Below are positions 37,833 to 47,370 of a stretch of DNA of 64,000 nucleotides, one piece after another. A model generated the notes under the pieces. The model searched no databases and had not been told where the DNA came from. It saw only the letters and a list, made by a program, of their open reading frames with translations. Position numbers and translations under genes: made by a program. Positions within the stretch are counted from its first letter, which is position 1, and each line of letters starts with the position of its first letter. The stretch comes from Nitrospiraceae bacterium (GTDB taxonomy: Bacteria > Nitrospirota > Thermodesulfovibrionia > UBA6902): positions 2,835 through 66,834 of the forward strand of contig QZKC01000063.1 of NCBI GenBank assembly GCA_003599425.1. The letters run 5' to 3'.

Positions 37833-39686
37833 ATGGATAAAAGGATAAGCATTGCATTCTCCTTAGTGCTTTTTATATTAGCCATACTGGTCATAAGGCT
37901 CTGGCATCTTCAGATAATAAAAGGCAGTGAATATAAAAGGCTTGATGAGCGCAACAGGTCCAGGGTCATTGATATCATTGCTCCGCGCGGGGTGATATAT
38001 GACAGGAACGGGAACCCTCTCGTGAAGAACGTCCTTTCCTTCAATGTATCTATGGTCAGTGAGGATATGCCGAAAGACGCCGAAACTCTGGCCGAACTCG
38101 GCAGGCTCGTCGGGCTCGAGACCGAACAGTTAATAAAACTTGCGAAGGCATCAACAAGTCCTTATGAGAACATTTATCTTATGCGTGATGCTTCATTTGA
38201 AGAAGTTGCGAAGGTTGAGGCAAGGAAGATAGATTTCCCCGGCCTGCAGGTGGAAGTATCAAGCTCCAGAGGATATCTCTATGGGCAGACGGCTGCTCAT
38301 GTGCTGGGATATCTGGGGATCCCAACACAGAAACAATTAGAGTCGCCAGAATACAGCGGGATACCAAAACAGGCCTTCATCGGCCAGTTCGGCATTGAAA
38401 AGAGGTATGACAGAATACTGAGAGGCATTGCGGGCAAGAAAGTTGTCGAGGTCGACGCGCTGGGCAATATGATCAGGTCTGTCAGGATACAGAAACCTGT
38501 AAGAGGCAAGGACCTGACACTGACGATCGATGTGAATGTACAGATGGAGGCGGAAAAGGCGCTGCAGGACAAGACCGGCGCAGTGGTCGCGATCAAGGCT
38601 GATACAGGAGAAGTCCTGGCCCTGGCCAGCGCTCCTTCTTTTGACCCCAATCTCTTTGTCGGAGGTATAAGTTACGACCACTGGAAGATGCTTATTGAAG
38701 ACTCAAGAAAACCCTTAATGAACAGGGCCATCCAGAACCAGTACCCTCCCGGTTCAACTTTTAAAACAGTAACGGCCCTTTCCGCCCTTGAAAAAGGGAT
38801 CATCGACGAGGACACCACATTTTTCTGCGGAGGGTCGCTTTTTTTCGGCAGGACCTTCAGGTGCTGGAAGGACGGAGGGCATGGAAGAGTCAGCCTTCAC
38901 AGGGCTATCGTTGAATCCTGTGACGTATACTTTTATGAAGTGGGCAAAAGGATCGGTATCGATACTCTCGCGCAGTATGCGTCCGCATTCGGCCTGGGCA
39001 CGCCAACGGACATAGAACTTGACGGGGAGGCCTCAGGCATTGTCCCTTCCACAGCATGGAAGCTCAGGACGAAAAAGGAAAAATGGTATCAGGGTGAAAC
39101 GCTCAATACTGTAATAGGTCAGGGGTATTTAACTGTTACACCGATACAGATGGCGAGGCTGATGGCAGCAGCAGTGAACGGAGGAAAACTCTTCAAACCC
39201 CATTTGGTACATGGGGAGCATGAAGGCGCTGAATATAAAATCGCTGCAGATATCAGGCCTGAATATACAGAGTTTGTTAAAAAGGCCCTTTTGGGAGTCG
39301 TATATGAAGGAGGCGGAACAGCGAGGGCAGCACGCTCTGACATTGTCAGCATAGGAGGCAAGACAGGAACCGCCCAGGTTATTGGAGGAGCTGTCAAGGA
39401 AAAAGACCTTCCTGACCATTACAAGGACCATGCGTGGTTTACTGCTTTTGCTCCGGAATATAAACCGGAAATAGCTGTATCAGTATTTGTCGAGCATGGA
39501 GGGCACGGAGGGAGCGCGGCAGCCCCCATAGCCAGGAAGGTGATCGAGGCCCACTTCAATCCGCCAAAGCCTGAGGAAGAGATGGAGAACGCTCAGGTTC
39601 CAGAGGCTGTGAAGCAGGAAGAACAGGTTACGACAGTACAGCAGCAGGACGGTAATACGCAGAGCAGGGAAAGCGCAGGCGATTAA
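37833..39686 (+). CDS. mrdA: penicillin-binding protein 2 (elongasome transpeptidase)
   Basis: N-terminal TM and dimerisation domain. Transpeptidase motifs STFK (PGSTFKTVTA) and KTGT (GGKTGTAQV). Confidence 0.9.
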   Translation: MDKRISIAFSLVLFILAILVIRLWHLQIIKGSEYKRLDERNRSRVIDIIAPRGVIYDRNGNPLVKNVLSFNVSMVSEDMPKDAETLAELGRLVGLETEQLIKLAKASTSPYENIYLMRDASFEEVAKVEARKIDFPGLQVEVSSSRGYLYGQTAAHVLGYLGIPTQKQLESPEYSGIPKQAFIGQFGIEKRYDRILRGIAGKKVVEVDALGNMIRSVRIQKPVRGKDLTLTIDVNVQMEAEKALQDKTGAVVAIKADTGEVLALASAPSFDPNLFVGGISYDHWKMLIEDSRKPLMNRAIQNQYPPGSTFKTVTALSALEKGIIDEDTTFFCGGSLFFGRTFRCWKDGGHGRVSLHRAIVESCDVYFYEVGKRIGIDTLAQYASAFGLGTPTDIELDGEASGIVPSTAWKLRTKKEKWYQGETLNTVIGQGYLTVTPIQMARLMAAAVNGGKLFKPHLVHGEHEGAEYKIAADIRPEYTEFVKKALLGVVYEGGGTARAARSDIVSIGGKTGTAQVIGGAVKEKDLPDHYKDHAWFTAFAPEYKPEIAVSVFVEHGGHGGSAAAPIARKVIEAHFNPPKPEEEMENAQVPEAVKQEEQVTTVQQQDGNTQSRESAGD

Positions 39687-39689
39687 AAT

Positions 39690-40811
39690 ATGATAGACCG
39701 CAGGCTCATAAGGGATTTTGACTGGGGATTGCTGGCAGCAGCAGTCATGCTCTCCCTCATAGGGGTGATGACCATTTACAGTTCAACAAGGCCGTTGCTT
39801 GACATGCAGCAGGAGTCTTTTTATCTGAAACAGCTCAACTGGATCATACTGAGCCTTGTATGCTCTTCCCTCGTGCTGGCCATCGATTATAGATGGTTTA
39901 CCAGGTTCGCTTACATTTTTTATATCATCGGCATCATACTTCTTGTGTTCGTCCTCATTGCGGGAAGAACAGGAATGGGGGCGAAGAGATGGATCAGCCT
40001 CGGATTCTTCTCCTTTCAGCCCTCGGAGTTTTTCAAGATATTTTTTATTGCGACCCTTACACGGTATCTTTCAGGCCTGGACCAGGATTTAAACCTGGGC
40101 CTCAGAGAGCTCCTGAAGATAACCGCAGGGTTCTTTCTCCTTCCGTCTCTGCTCATTCTCAAGCAGCCGGACCTCGGGACCATGCTGATACTGCTGTTTG
40201 TTTTTACAGCCATGATCCTGACTGCCGGGATCAAGAAAAAGATTGTCGTTACAGCGCTTGTTATCGGCCTTGCAGTTTCGCCTCTTGTGGGGAAGATATT
40301 CTGGGGAGGATTAAAGGATTATCAGAAAAACAGGATTATAGCATTCATCGACCCTCAGGCAGACCCAAAAGGCATCGGGTATCACATAACCCAGTCCAAA
40401 GTTTCCATAGGAGCGGGAGGGTTTATCGGGAAAGGCTATCTGAAAGGCACCCAGGGGCCGTACAGGTTCCTGCCCGAAAACCATACTGATTTCATCTTCT
40501 CGATATTTGCGGAGGAGTGGGGATTTCTGGGCAGCATCGTGCTTTTTGGATTTTACCTGTTCATCATCTGGAGGGGGTTTGATGCGGCAAGGTCCGCAAG
40601 GGACCCGGAAGGACGTATGTTGGCGCTCGGCGTAACATACATGTTCACCTTCTATTTCATCATCAATGTCGGGATGACCCTCGGGCTGCTCCCGGTTGTC
40701 GGAGTCCCGCTGCCGCTCATGAGCTACGGCGGCACAGCACTCCTTTCCAACTTCCTCGCCCTCAGCGTAATTGAGAATGTGAGAATGCGCAGGTTCGCGT
40801 CTTATTATTAA
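39690..40811 (+). CDS. rodA: SEDS glycosyltransferase RodA
   Basis: FtsW/RodA family pattern (FQPSEF.K, PDLGT, TDFIFS...EE.GF.G, GVPLPLMSYGGT). Follows mrdA. Confidence 0.9.
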   Translation: MIDRRLIRDFDWGLLAAAVMLSLIGVMTIYSSTRPLLDMQQESFYLKQLNWIILSLVCSSLVLAIDYRWFTRFAYIFYIIGIILLVFVLIAGRTGMGAKRWISLGFFSFQPSEFFKIFFIATLTRYLSGLDQDLNLGLRELLKITAGFFLLPSLLILKQPDLGTMLILLFVFTAMILTAGIKKKIVVTALVIGLAVSPLVGKIFWGGLKDYQKNRIIAFIDPQADPKGIGYHITQSKVSIGAGGFIGKGYLKGTQGPYRFLPENHTDFIFSIFAEEWGFLGSIVLFGFYLFIIWRGFDAARSARDPEGRMLALGVTYMFTFYFIINVGMTLGLLPVVGVPLPLMSYGGTALLSNFLALSVIENVRMRRFASYY

Positions 40812-40933
40812 GCAATATTCCAATAAATTCTCTGATTGAGTCCATTTAAAATTTTATTTTCCCTTTTTCAAGGCTGGGGTATAATAGGGCGATCTTTAAA
40901 TATAACTTGCGTGCGAATATAATTATGTAACTT

Positions 40934-43900
40934 ATGCCAAAGACCTTGATGCCGCATGAAAAGTTCTTCACTTCATTGCGGGATTTTGCCGGGCAGTTGA
41001 CGGCAAAGTTTTCAGCAATGGCTGCGGGTGAGCCGGAAGACCAGCTCAAGCCTCCGGTTGATCATCTCTTTGCCGCATATGGCAAAATCATCTCCCGCAA
41101 TATTGTCCTGAAAGGCGAGTCCGGTTTGAAGGACCGGCTGGGACGCCCGGACTTCGCAGCGCACAGCGACACTCTTCCTGTCGGTTATGTTGAACTCAAG
41201 GCTCCAGGCAAAGGCGCGAATCCCGAACACTTTAAGGGACATGATCGTGAGCAGTGGAATCGCTTTAAGAATGTCCCGAACCTGATATACACTGACGGCA
41301 ACGAATGGGCGTTGTACCAGAATGGAGAACTGGCGGCAAAATGCATCCGGCTTGATGGTGATATTCGCACTGACGGGAAAGACGCAGTCTCTCAAAGCAA
41401 TGCGCTGGACCTTTTTCAGTTATTTGCCGAATTCACAAGCTGGGCTCCGATAGTTCCCAAGAATCCCAAAGAGCTTGCCGCATTCCTGGCCCCGTTCTGC
41501 CGGTTGATACGGGAGGAGGTGCTTGATTCTCTCAAAGACACGGCATCGCTCATGCACATTCTCAAAAAAGACATCAAGGCGCTCCTGTTTCCTGACGCAA
41601 ATGACCAGCAGTTCGCCGATGCATACGCTCAGACCGTTGTCTTCGCCCTGCTTCTGGGGCAGATGGAAGGCGCAAACGTCCTCGATCTCCGTAACACATA
41701 CGACACACTTGAACATCATCATTCACTCCTGTCGCGTTCGCTTGAATTTCTGACCGACAAGGAAGCGAGAAAGGAGATCATCGCGTCACTCAGCATGACC
41801 CAGCGTGTAATTCACGAGATACCTGTGCAACTGCTCACGGCAACATCGGCAACCAAAGACCCGTGGCTGTTTTTCTATGAAGACTTTCTTGCAAGCTATG
41901 ATCCAAAGCTTCGTAAGGAATCAGGCGTCTACTTTACGCCGCTTGAGGTTGTACGTTGTCAAGTCAGGCTTATTGACGAAATCCTGCACAAACATCTGGG
42001 CCGGAATATGGGCTTTGTGGAAGCAGGAGTCGCAACGCTTGATCCCGCTGTCGGCACCGGCACATACCTTTTGGGAATCATTGATCATGCCCTTTCGCGT
42101 GTTGAAGAGGAAGAAGGTTCAGGCGCTATCAAAGGCGGCGCACGCGCGCTGTTTCACAATCTGCACGGATTTGAATGGATGGTCGGTCCCTACGCTGTGG
42201 CACAGCTTCGCTTTTCTCAGGCATTGACCAAGCGCGGCATCTCTTTGCCTGCTACCGGACCTGGGATTTACCTTACAAACACACTTGAATCACCTCATAC
42301 GCACCCGCCGGCTCCTCCGCTGTTTCACGTGCCGATTGCCCGCGAGCATGAGCGTGCTTTGAAGATAAAAGACTCTGAACATATTCTCGTCTGTCTTGGA
42401 AATCCGCCCTACGGCAGACACGAAGCCGCAACAGCAGACAATCAGGCATTGACCGGTGGATGGGTCCGCTTTGGAGACAAGAACAATCCTTCCACAAAAT
42501 CAATTATGGAAGACTTTCTCGAACCCGTGCGGAAAGCCGGTTATGGAGTGCATCTGAAGAACCTCTATAATCTTTACGTGTATTTCATCCGCTGGTCTCT
42601 GTGGAAGGTCTTTGAGCACAAGACCGCAACGGGGCCGGGCATTCTCACGTTTATTACCGCTTCATCCTATCTCGACGGAGACGCCTTCGCAGGCGTGCGC
42701 GAGCATATGAGGCGCGTTTGCGATTACATAGACATCATCGATCTCGGCGGAGAAGGACGCGGGACTCGAAAGGAAGAAAACGTTTTCGCAATCCAGACGC
42801 CAGTGGCTATCTTCATCGCATGGCGGAAGAGTAAATCTAATCCTGAAACTCCTGCCGTTGTACGTTACACAAGAATTGAAGGCACGAGAGAAGAAAAGCT
42901 TGCGACTCTCAACTTCGTTAAATCAATCAATGATCTTAAATGGGAGAATGTCCCCAGCGACTGGCAAGCTCCGTTTAAGCCGGTCTCGACCCAAAACTAT
43001 TTTTCATGGCCCAAATTGATTGACCTGTTTTCATGGCAGCAGTCCGGTGTACAAGTTACACGACTATGGCCTATTGCTCCTGATGTAGAAGTTCTGAGGA
43101 CTCGCTGGGATGAATTTGTTATCAGCAATAATAAAACAGAACTCTTCAGAGAAACCCGTGATCGGCAAATTGACAAGCAATATTTTGATATAAGAGATGA
43201 AAATATAATCTTACCTATATTAGAGAAAGCTACTAGGCAAGATTTGATTCCTCCAGTTAGATATACTTACCGCTCTTTTGACAGACAATGGATTATTCCT
43301 GATAACCGTCTTGGCGATTATTTTCGTCCAGTCTTGTGGCAAGTGCATAGCATTAATCAAATATATCTCACAAGTCTCTTTAACCATCCTCTTGGAGACG
43401 GCCCCTCGATGACTGCCTGTTCAGAAATTCCTGATCGGCATCATTTTCGGGGATCTTACGGTGGAAAGGATATTCTTCCTCTTTATCGTGATTCTGAATG
43501 TACTAAGCCGAACATACTGCCGGGCTTGCTCGAAGTGCTTGCAAAGAATTACGGCAAAGCGGTGACGCCGGAGGATTTCGCGGGCTATGTGTACGGTCTG
43601 CTTGCACAGCCGGAATATACACGGCGGTTTGCCGATGAGCTTGCAAGCAGGGAAGTGCGTGTGCCCCTGACGAAAGACGGAAAGCTGTTTGAAAAAGTCG
43701 CTGACTTCGGCAAGGAGCTTATCTATCTTCACACATACGGAGAGCGTTTATACGACGCTAAACATCCGAAGGGAAAAATCCCTCACGGATCGGCTCGATG
43801 TACAAAGGCTGTATCAGACAGAGAAGACAAATACCCGAATGAGTTTCATTATGCTGACACTACAAAAACCCTGCATGTAGGCGACGGTGAGTTCACGCCT

Positions 43901-44248
43901 GTGTCACCGGACATTTGGGAGTTTGAAGTGTCAGGGCTGAAGGTTGTTCAATCCTGGCTCGGCTACCGCATGAAAGACAGAAGCGGAAAGAAATCCTCTC
44001 CGCTTGACGACATCCGTCCCCGCATCTGGACACGAGAGTTCAACACGGAACTTTTGGAATTACTCTGGGTCCTTGGAAAGACTGTCGAAGGATATCCAAA
44101 ACAGAAACAACTTCTTGAAGCCGTCCTTGAAGGCGTGCTGTTCAGGGCAGACGAACTGCCCGACGTCCCCGCCGACTCCCGCGAGGCGCCTAAAGTGACA
44201 AAATTACGCAGTTCACAAGAGCAATTACCTCTCACTAATGATGAATGA
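40934..44248 (+). CDS. single-polypeptide restriction-modification enzyme (Type IIG/IIL-like): PD-ExK nuclease + gamma-class N6-adenine MTase + C-terminal specificity region
   Basis: N-terminal GRPDF (Asp codon 41150-41152) and VELK (41189-41200). SAM-binding-like DPAVGTGTYL. Catalytic NPPY (42401-42412). The C-terminal region with RYTYRSFDRQW resembles Type ISP/MmeI-type specificity domains (from memory). Confidence 0.75.
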   Translation: MPKTLMPHEKFFTSLRDFAGQLTAKFSAMAAGEPEDQLKPPVDHLFAAYGKIISRNIVLKGESGLKDRLGRPDFAAHSDTLPVGYVELKAPGKGANPEHFKGHDREQWNRFKNVPNLIYTDGNEWALYQNGELAAKCIRLDGDIRTDGKDAVSQSNALDLFQLFAEFTSWAPIVPKNPKELAAFLAPFCRLIREEVLDSLKDTASLMHILKKDIKALLFPDANDQQFADAYAQTVVFALLLGQMEGANVLDLRNTYDTLEHHHSLLSRSLEFLTDKEARKEIIASLSMTQRVIHEIPVQLLTATSATKDPWLFFYEDFLASYDPKLRKESGVYFTPLEVVRCQVRLIDEILHKHLGRNMGFVEAGVATLDPAVGTGTYLLGIIDHALSRVEEEEGSGAIKGGARALFHNLHGFEWMVGPYAVAQLRFSQALTKRGISLPATGPGIYLTNTLESPHTHPPAPPLFHVPIAREHERALKIKDSEHILVCLGNPPYGRHEAATADNQALTGGWVRFGDKNNPSTKSIMEDFLEPVRKAGYGVHLKNLYNLYVYFIRWSLWKVFEHKTATGPGILTFITASSYLDGDAFAGVREHMRRVCDYIDIIDLGGEGRGTRKEENVFAIQTPVAIFIAWRKSKSNPETPAVVRYTRIEGTREEKLATLNFVKSINDLKWENVPSDWQAPFKPVSTQNYFSWPKLIDLFSWQQSGVQVTRLWPIAPDVEVLRTRWDEFVISNNKTELFRETRDRQIDKQYFDIRDENIILPILEKATRQDLIPPVRYTYRSFDRQWIIPDNRLGDYFRPVLWQVHSINQIYLTSLFNHPLGDGPSMTACSEIPDRHHFRGSYGGKDILPLYRDSECTKPNILPGLLEVLAKNYGKAVTPEDFAGYVYGLLAQPEYTRRFADELASREVRVPLTKDGKLFEKVADFGKELIYLHTYGERLYDAKHPKGKIPHGSARCTKAVSDREDKYPNEFHYADTTKTLHVGDGEFTPVSPDIWEFEVSGLKVVQSWLGYRMKDRSGKKSSPLDDIRPRIWTREFNTELLELLWVLGKTVEGYPKQKQLLEAVLEGVLFRADELPDVPADSREAPKVTKLRSSQEQLPLTNDE

Positions 44249-44297
44249 GAAAGGAAAATGTTGATTGAAAAACAGGTGGGGCCATAATGCAAGATAC

Positions 44298-46561
44298 TAG
44301 TACTACAGCGAAGTTTTCCATTTACCCGCAATGGACGCCAGCAGTCTTTTTCTATGTGAGCGATAAGCGACATAGTTTCTCCTCGTGTGGTATCTCAGGA
44401 TTTCCAGTGCATAAGTGATCGTGAATGTTTTGTGAGGCAACACTACTGCAACCAGCATCCTCGCTTGCTGTAGCGTCAATGCAGGAGTTTTTTTTAAACC
44501 GAATCCGCAACCGGAGCAAAAAATGCAGGGCGAGGAAGACGTATATCATATGTCGATGCCATGCCGGCCAGGAGCGGTGCTCATAATGATCCATGCCGAC
44601 CTGGCTCTTTCCATCCTGAAAGCATTGCTCAATCGGCCAGCGCATTGTGGCTGCTTTACAGAACTCGGAAAGGGGCATGTCTTCCGGAGCATTCGAAAAC
44701 GCATATTTGATCTGTCCGTCCGATGTGCGTCTTAAAATGAGCCAGACAGCAGCGTTCAGCGGCAACCCCTTGCGGGACGGGTAAACTCTGATGCAGGCGA
44801 CATCCGCCAAAATGGGGCCTTTCGCCCCTTCAGCAAGAACCACCTTTGCCCAGGAACACCTTTTAGACTTTGCGATCTCGCCAACCGTGTGGACCTTTCC
44901 CTTTATGATGTGTTTCTTACCGGGACGGCGGCCATGCCCTTGATAGGTCGGCAGAGCCACAGCGGATTTTTGAAGAAAGACCTGGGCGTTCGACCTGATG
45001 CCGGCAAAATAGTATTTCCCGCCCGGCAAGGCTTCAAGGAATTCCCAATCGGACCCGAAAGTGGCGTCACAGCCGATCCACTTGGCGGGAAACAGATTCG
45101 TCTTGTTTATTTTATCGATGAGGTCCCTGGCGATTTCCGGTTTTGTCTGAAAGACTATATCTTCAGGAACAAGGTTATAGTTGCGTCGCTCTTCCTGCTC
45201 TTTGGCGAACCAACTTTCCGGCATATACAGCCTGCCAGTCAAAAGCCCATAGCCTTTCTCGCTGGTGTAGCCGACAAAAACGCCGGATTGACAGTTATCT
45301 ACTTTCCCCAAAGCTCCGCAATATTGCCGGGCAACTCCTACAGACTCTTTTCCCTTTTTGGCAAACTCGCTGCTGTCGACGGTGATCATGCCCTCAGGAC
45401 AAGAGATGGATTCCGCCAGTAAGGTTTGATGGCTTCGCTCCATCGCCTCATGATCCCACCTGTGGGATTTCATAAACTGCTGCAGGGGTCGTACTGAGTT
45501 TTCATCCAAAAACTCAAGGGCGATGGGCTCGACGGATTTGGCTTCTTTGTTGCTCAGAAGACCGGAAATGTATGCCAGACCCAGCCGCCTCTGCTCCTTA
45601 CGGCCAAAACAACTATGAAACTGTCCGTGAAACTGCACGAGTTCTTCCGCTATCATTTCTATATCTGTTTCCGTAAGATTCATCCAGGGAGCAATATTGG
45701 GATCCCACCCGGCATGACGTAATATCATATGCAGCGCCTCCACTTTCTTGATTGATGGTGAAGGACGGTGAAAGAGTCTGTAAGTTTTCTTTTCGCATCC
45801 TATCTTTTCCCGGAAGCGTCGCTCTAATTCATAAACATATACCTCCTTGATGCAGCCGTGATATACATAGCCTTTCCCAAGCTTTCCGCTGCCCTGGGTT
45901 TGCCCGATGAATTTCCAGTTTGCCGCACGGTAGCTGGTTCCTTTGAACAGGGCCGGATCAACAAAGGTCTCTGCCAGCCACAGTCGTTTTCCAAACCGCT
46001 CTTGCCAATCATGACTGATTCGGGCAAGCGCCAGGGCAAGCACATGGGATGCAAGATTCTTGACTTTCACCCAGGGAAATATGAGAAACCGACTGTTATT
46101 GGCGATCCTGCCCAGATGGATTTCCCTCTGCTCAGCGGACCATCCGATATACTTGTCTCGTACTCGCAGTTTCAAGGCCGGAGCGCTAAAGGACAAGGCC
46201 GACACGGGCCGCTCCCCCATGAATGCAAGATATTTGAGGCGATGACCTAAAAGTCTTTGATAGCCCAGATAATGATGTTCGCGTACCAACTGGTCCCACA
46301 CATTCTCCAGATTCGTTTGGCTCGCTATCTGCAAACTAATCGCCGACAGTGTATCTATAGCGCCGTAAATAGGCGTTGTATCGATTGCAATGTCTTTATG
46401 CCTCATATCGCTATTACCCGTTATCGGCGCGCTAATCTTCCGCTGCCTGTAGATATATCTTATCCCGGCAATGTATGCAGGCTCTCTTTCACTCGCCTTT
46501 ATGAAATCTATATTACAGAATCCCATTTTGTTTGTCTATAGAAATCTTCGCTGTAGTACTA
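44298..46561 (-). mobile_element. insertion sequence, about 2.26 kb, IS701-like, bounded by 21-bp terminal inverted repeats
   Basis: Left end TAGTACTACAGCGAAGTTTTC (44298-44318). The reverse complement of the right end is TAGTACTACAGCGAAGATTTC (46541-46561), a 20/21 match. One long transposase ORF fills the element. Confidence 0.85.
44352..46526 (-). CDS. DDE transposase (IS701/COG5659-like) with N-terminal DUF4338-like domain
   Basis: The C-terminal two-thirds has VEPIALEF..., D-containing segments (ITVDSSEF, IGCDATFGSD) and RWPIEQCFQDGKSQVGMDHYEHRSWPAWHRH. The N-terminal roughly 230 aa (REHHYLGYQRLLGHRLKYLAF...TSYRAANW) resembles DUF4338 (from memory). Confidence 0.75.
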   Translation of the reverse strand: MGFCNIDFIKASEREPAYIAGIRYIYRQRKISAPITGNSDMRHKDIAIDTTPIYGAIDTLSAISLQIASQTNLENVWDQLVREHHYLGYQRLLGHRLKYLAFMGERPVSALSFSAPALKLRVRDKYIGWSAEQREIHLGRIANNSRFLIFPWVKVKNLASHVLALALARISHDWQERFGKRLWLAETFVDPALFKGTSYRAANWKFIGQTQGSGKLGKGYVYHGCIKEVYVYELERRFREKIGCEKKTYRLFHRPSPSIKKVEALHMILRHAGWDPNIAPWMNLTETDIEMIAEELVQFHGQFHSCFGRKEQRRLGLAYISGLLSNKEAKSVEPIALEFLDENSVRPLQQFMKSHRWDHEAMERSHQTLLAESISCPEGMITVDSSEFAKKGKESVGVARQYCGALGKVDNCQSGVFVGYTSEKGYGLLTGRLYMPESWFAKEQEERRNYNLVPEDIVFQTKPEIARDLIDKINKTNLFPAKWIGCDATFGSDWEFLEALPGGKYYFAGIRSNAQVFLQKSAVALPTYQGHGRRPGKKHIIKGKVHTVGEIAKSKRCSWAKVVLAEGAKGPILADVACIRVYPSRKGLPLNAAVWLILRRTSDGQIKYAFSNAPEDMPLSEFCKAATMRWPIEQCFQDGKSQVGMDHYEHRSWPAWHRHMIYVFLALHFLLRLRIRFKKNSCIDATASEDAGCSSVASQNIHDHLCTGNPEIPHEEKLCRLSLT

Positions 46562-46716
46562 AGAAGTAATATGGAATCGCCATGGAGGCATTTCGCAAGT
46601 TTTTGGTTGGCGAGATTGAGCAGGTTTATTGCTCAGGGGATAGAGCGGGTTAGGAGATATTTAATAGTGAGATGATCGCAGGTCGGCTGCATTAGTTTAA
46701 ATTAAGAGACTTATCG

Positions 46717-46722
46717 TATAAT
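46717..46722 (+). promoter_or_regulatory. candidate -10 box (TATAAT) for the DUF433/PIN-like/MazG genes
   Basis: ATCGTATAAT lies 32 nt upstream of ATG 46755. The same 10-mer, ATCGTATAAT, recurs at 47775-47784. No convincing -35 element. Confidence 0.3.
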
Positions 46723-46754
46723 GTTCATATATCGGTTAACACTCTGAGGAGGAT

Positions 46755-47009
46755 ATGAAAATGGGCACAAGAAAAGATTACAGAGAAAGGATAATGATTG
46801 ACAGCTTAGTCCACTTCGGCAAACCGTGTATAGCGGGGACAAGGATTCCAGTTGAGGATGTGCTCGAACTGGTTCAGGAGAATATCCCATTCACTGAAAT
46901 CATTGATAATTATTACCCTGATATCACTATCGAGGACATAAAGGCCTGCGTGAGATACGCAACAGATATTGTCCGCTCGGAAGAAGTTCATCTTGAGAAG
47001 ACATCGTGA
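46755..47009 (+). CDS. DUF433-family protein (putative antitoxin)
   Basis: The HFGKPCIAGTRIPVEDVLELV pattern is typical of DUF433. GAGGAGG SD upstream. The start may be ATG 46761. Confidence 0.65.
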   Translation: MKMGTRKDYRERIMIDSLVHFGKPCIAGTRIPVEDVLELVQENIPFTEIIDNYYPDITIEDIKACVRYATDIVRSEEVHLEKTS

Positions 47010-47368
47010 GATTTTTGATTGATCAAGATGTTTACCGTGTAACATCAGATCAGTTGAAAGCTTGGGGATATGATGTTGTGCTTGCTCAAGATATTGGGAT
47101 GCAGCGTGCTGCTGACAGGTCACTGCTTTTGCATGCGAAAGAGACCGGTAGGCTGCTTGTCACTCGAGATAAGGATTATGGTTCGCTTGTTTTTCTTGAG
47201 GAAATATGTTCATCAGGTGTGATTCTCCTGCGTATGACCCCGCTCAGCATTGATGACGTTCATAAAGAGCTCCGCTTGTTTTTACAGAAATATACTGAAG
47301 AAGAGTTGAAATACCTCTTCTGTGTAATTGAACCGCATCGCTTCAGGATAAGACATTTAAAAATGTAA
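47006..47368 (+). CDS. PIN-like (DUF5615/Mut7-C-type) putative toxin
   Basis: N-terminus MRFLIDQDV plus TRDKDYG. The GTG start overlaps the upstream stop (GTGA). Usual partner of DUF433 genes (from memory). Confidence 0.55.
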   Translation: MRFLIDQDVYRVTSDQLKAWGYDVVLAQDIGMQRAADRSLLLHAKETGRLLVTRDKDYGSLVFLEEICSSGVILLRMTPLSIDDVHKELRLFLQKYTEEELKYLFCVIEPHRFRIRHLKM

Positions 47369-47370
47369 TC

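Noticed and set aside
39893-40823. ORFs 39893-40489 (+) and 40311-40823 (-) overlapping rodA. Similar cases: 20097-20717 (-) in the hydrogenase small subunit, 24220-24801 (+) in xfp, and 45858-46250 / 44889-45422 (+) in the transposase.
   Set aside because: They are alternative-frame artefacts of real genes. They have no independent signals and their sequences are R/P/S-rich.
44249-46700. Whether the IS interrupted a gene downstream of the R-M enzyme, and whether a target-site duplication is visible.
   Set aside because: Joining the flanks (44249-44297 with 46562-46700) gives only ORFs of 33 codons or fewer with no homology. The flanking bases (AAGATAC / AGAAGTA) show no clean direct repeat.
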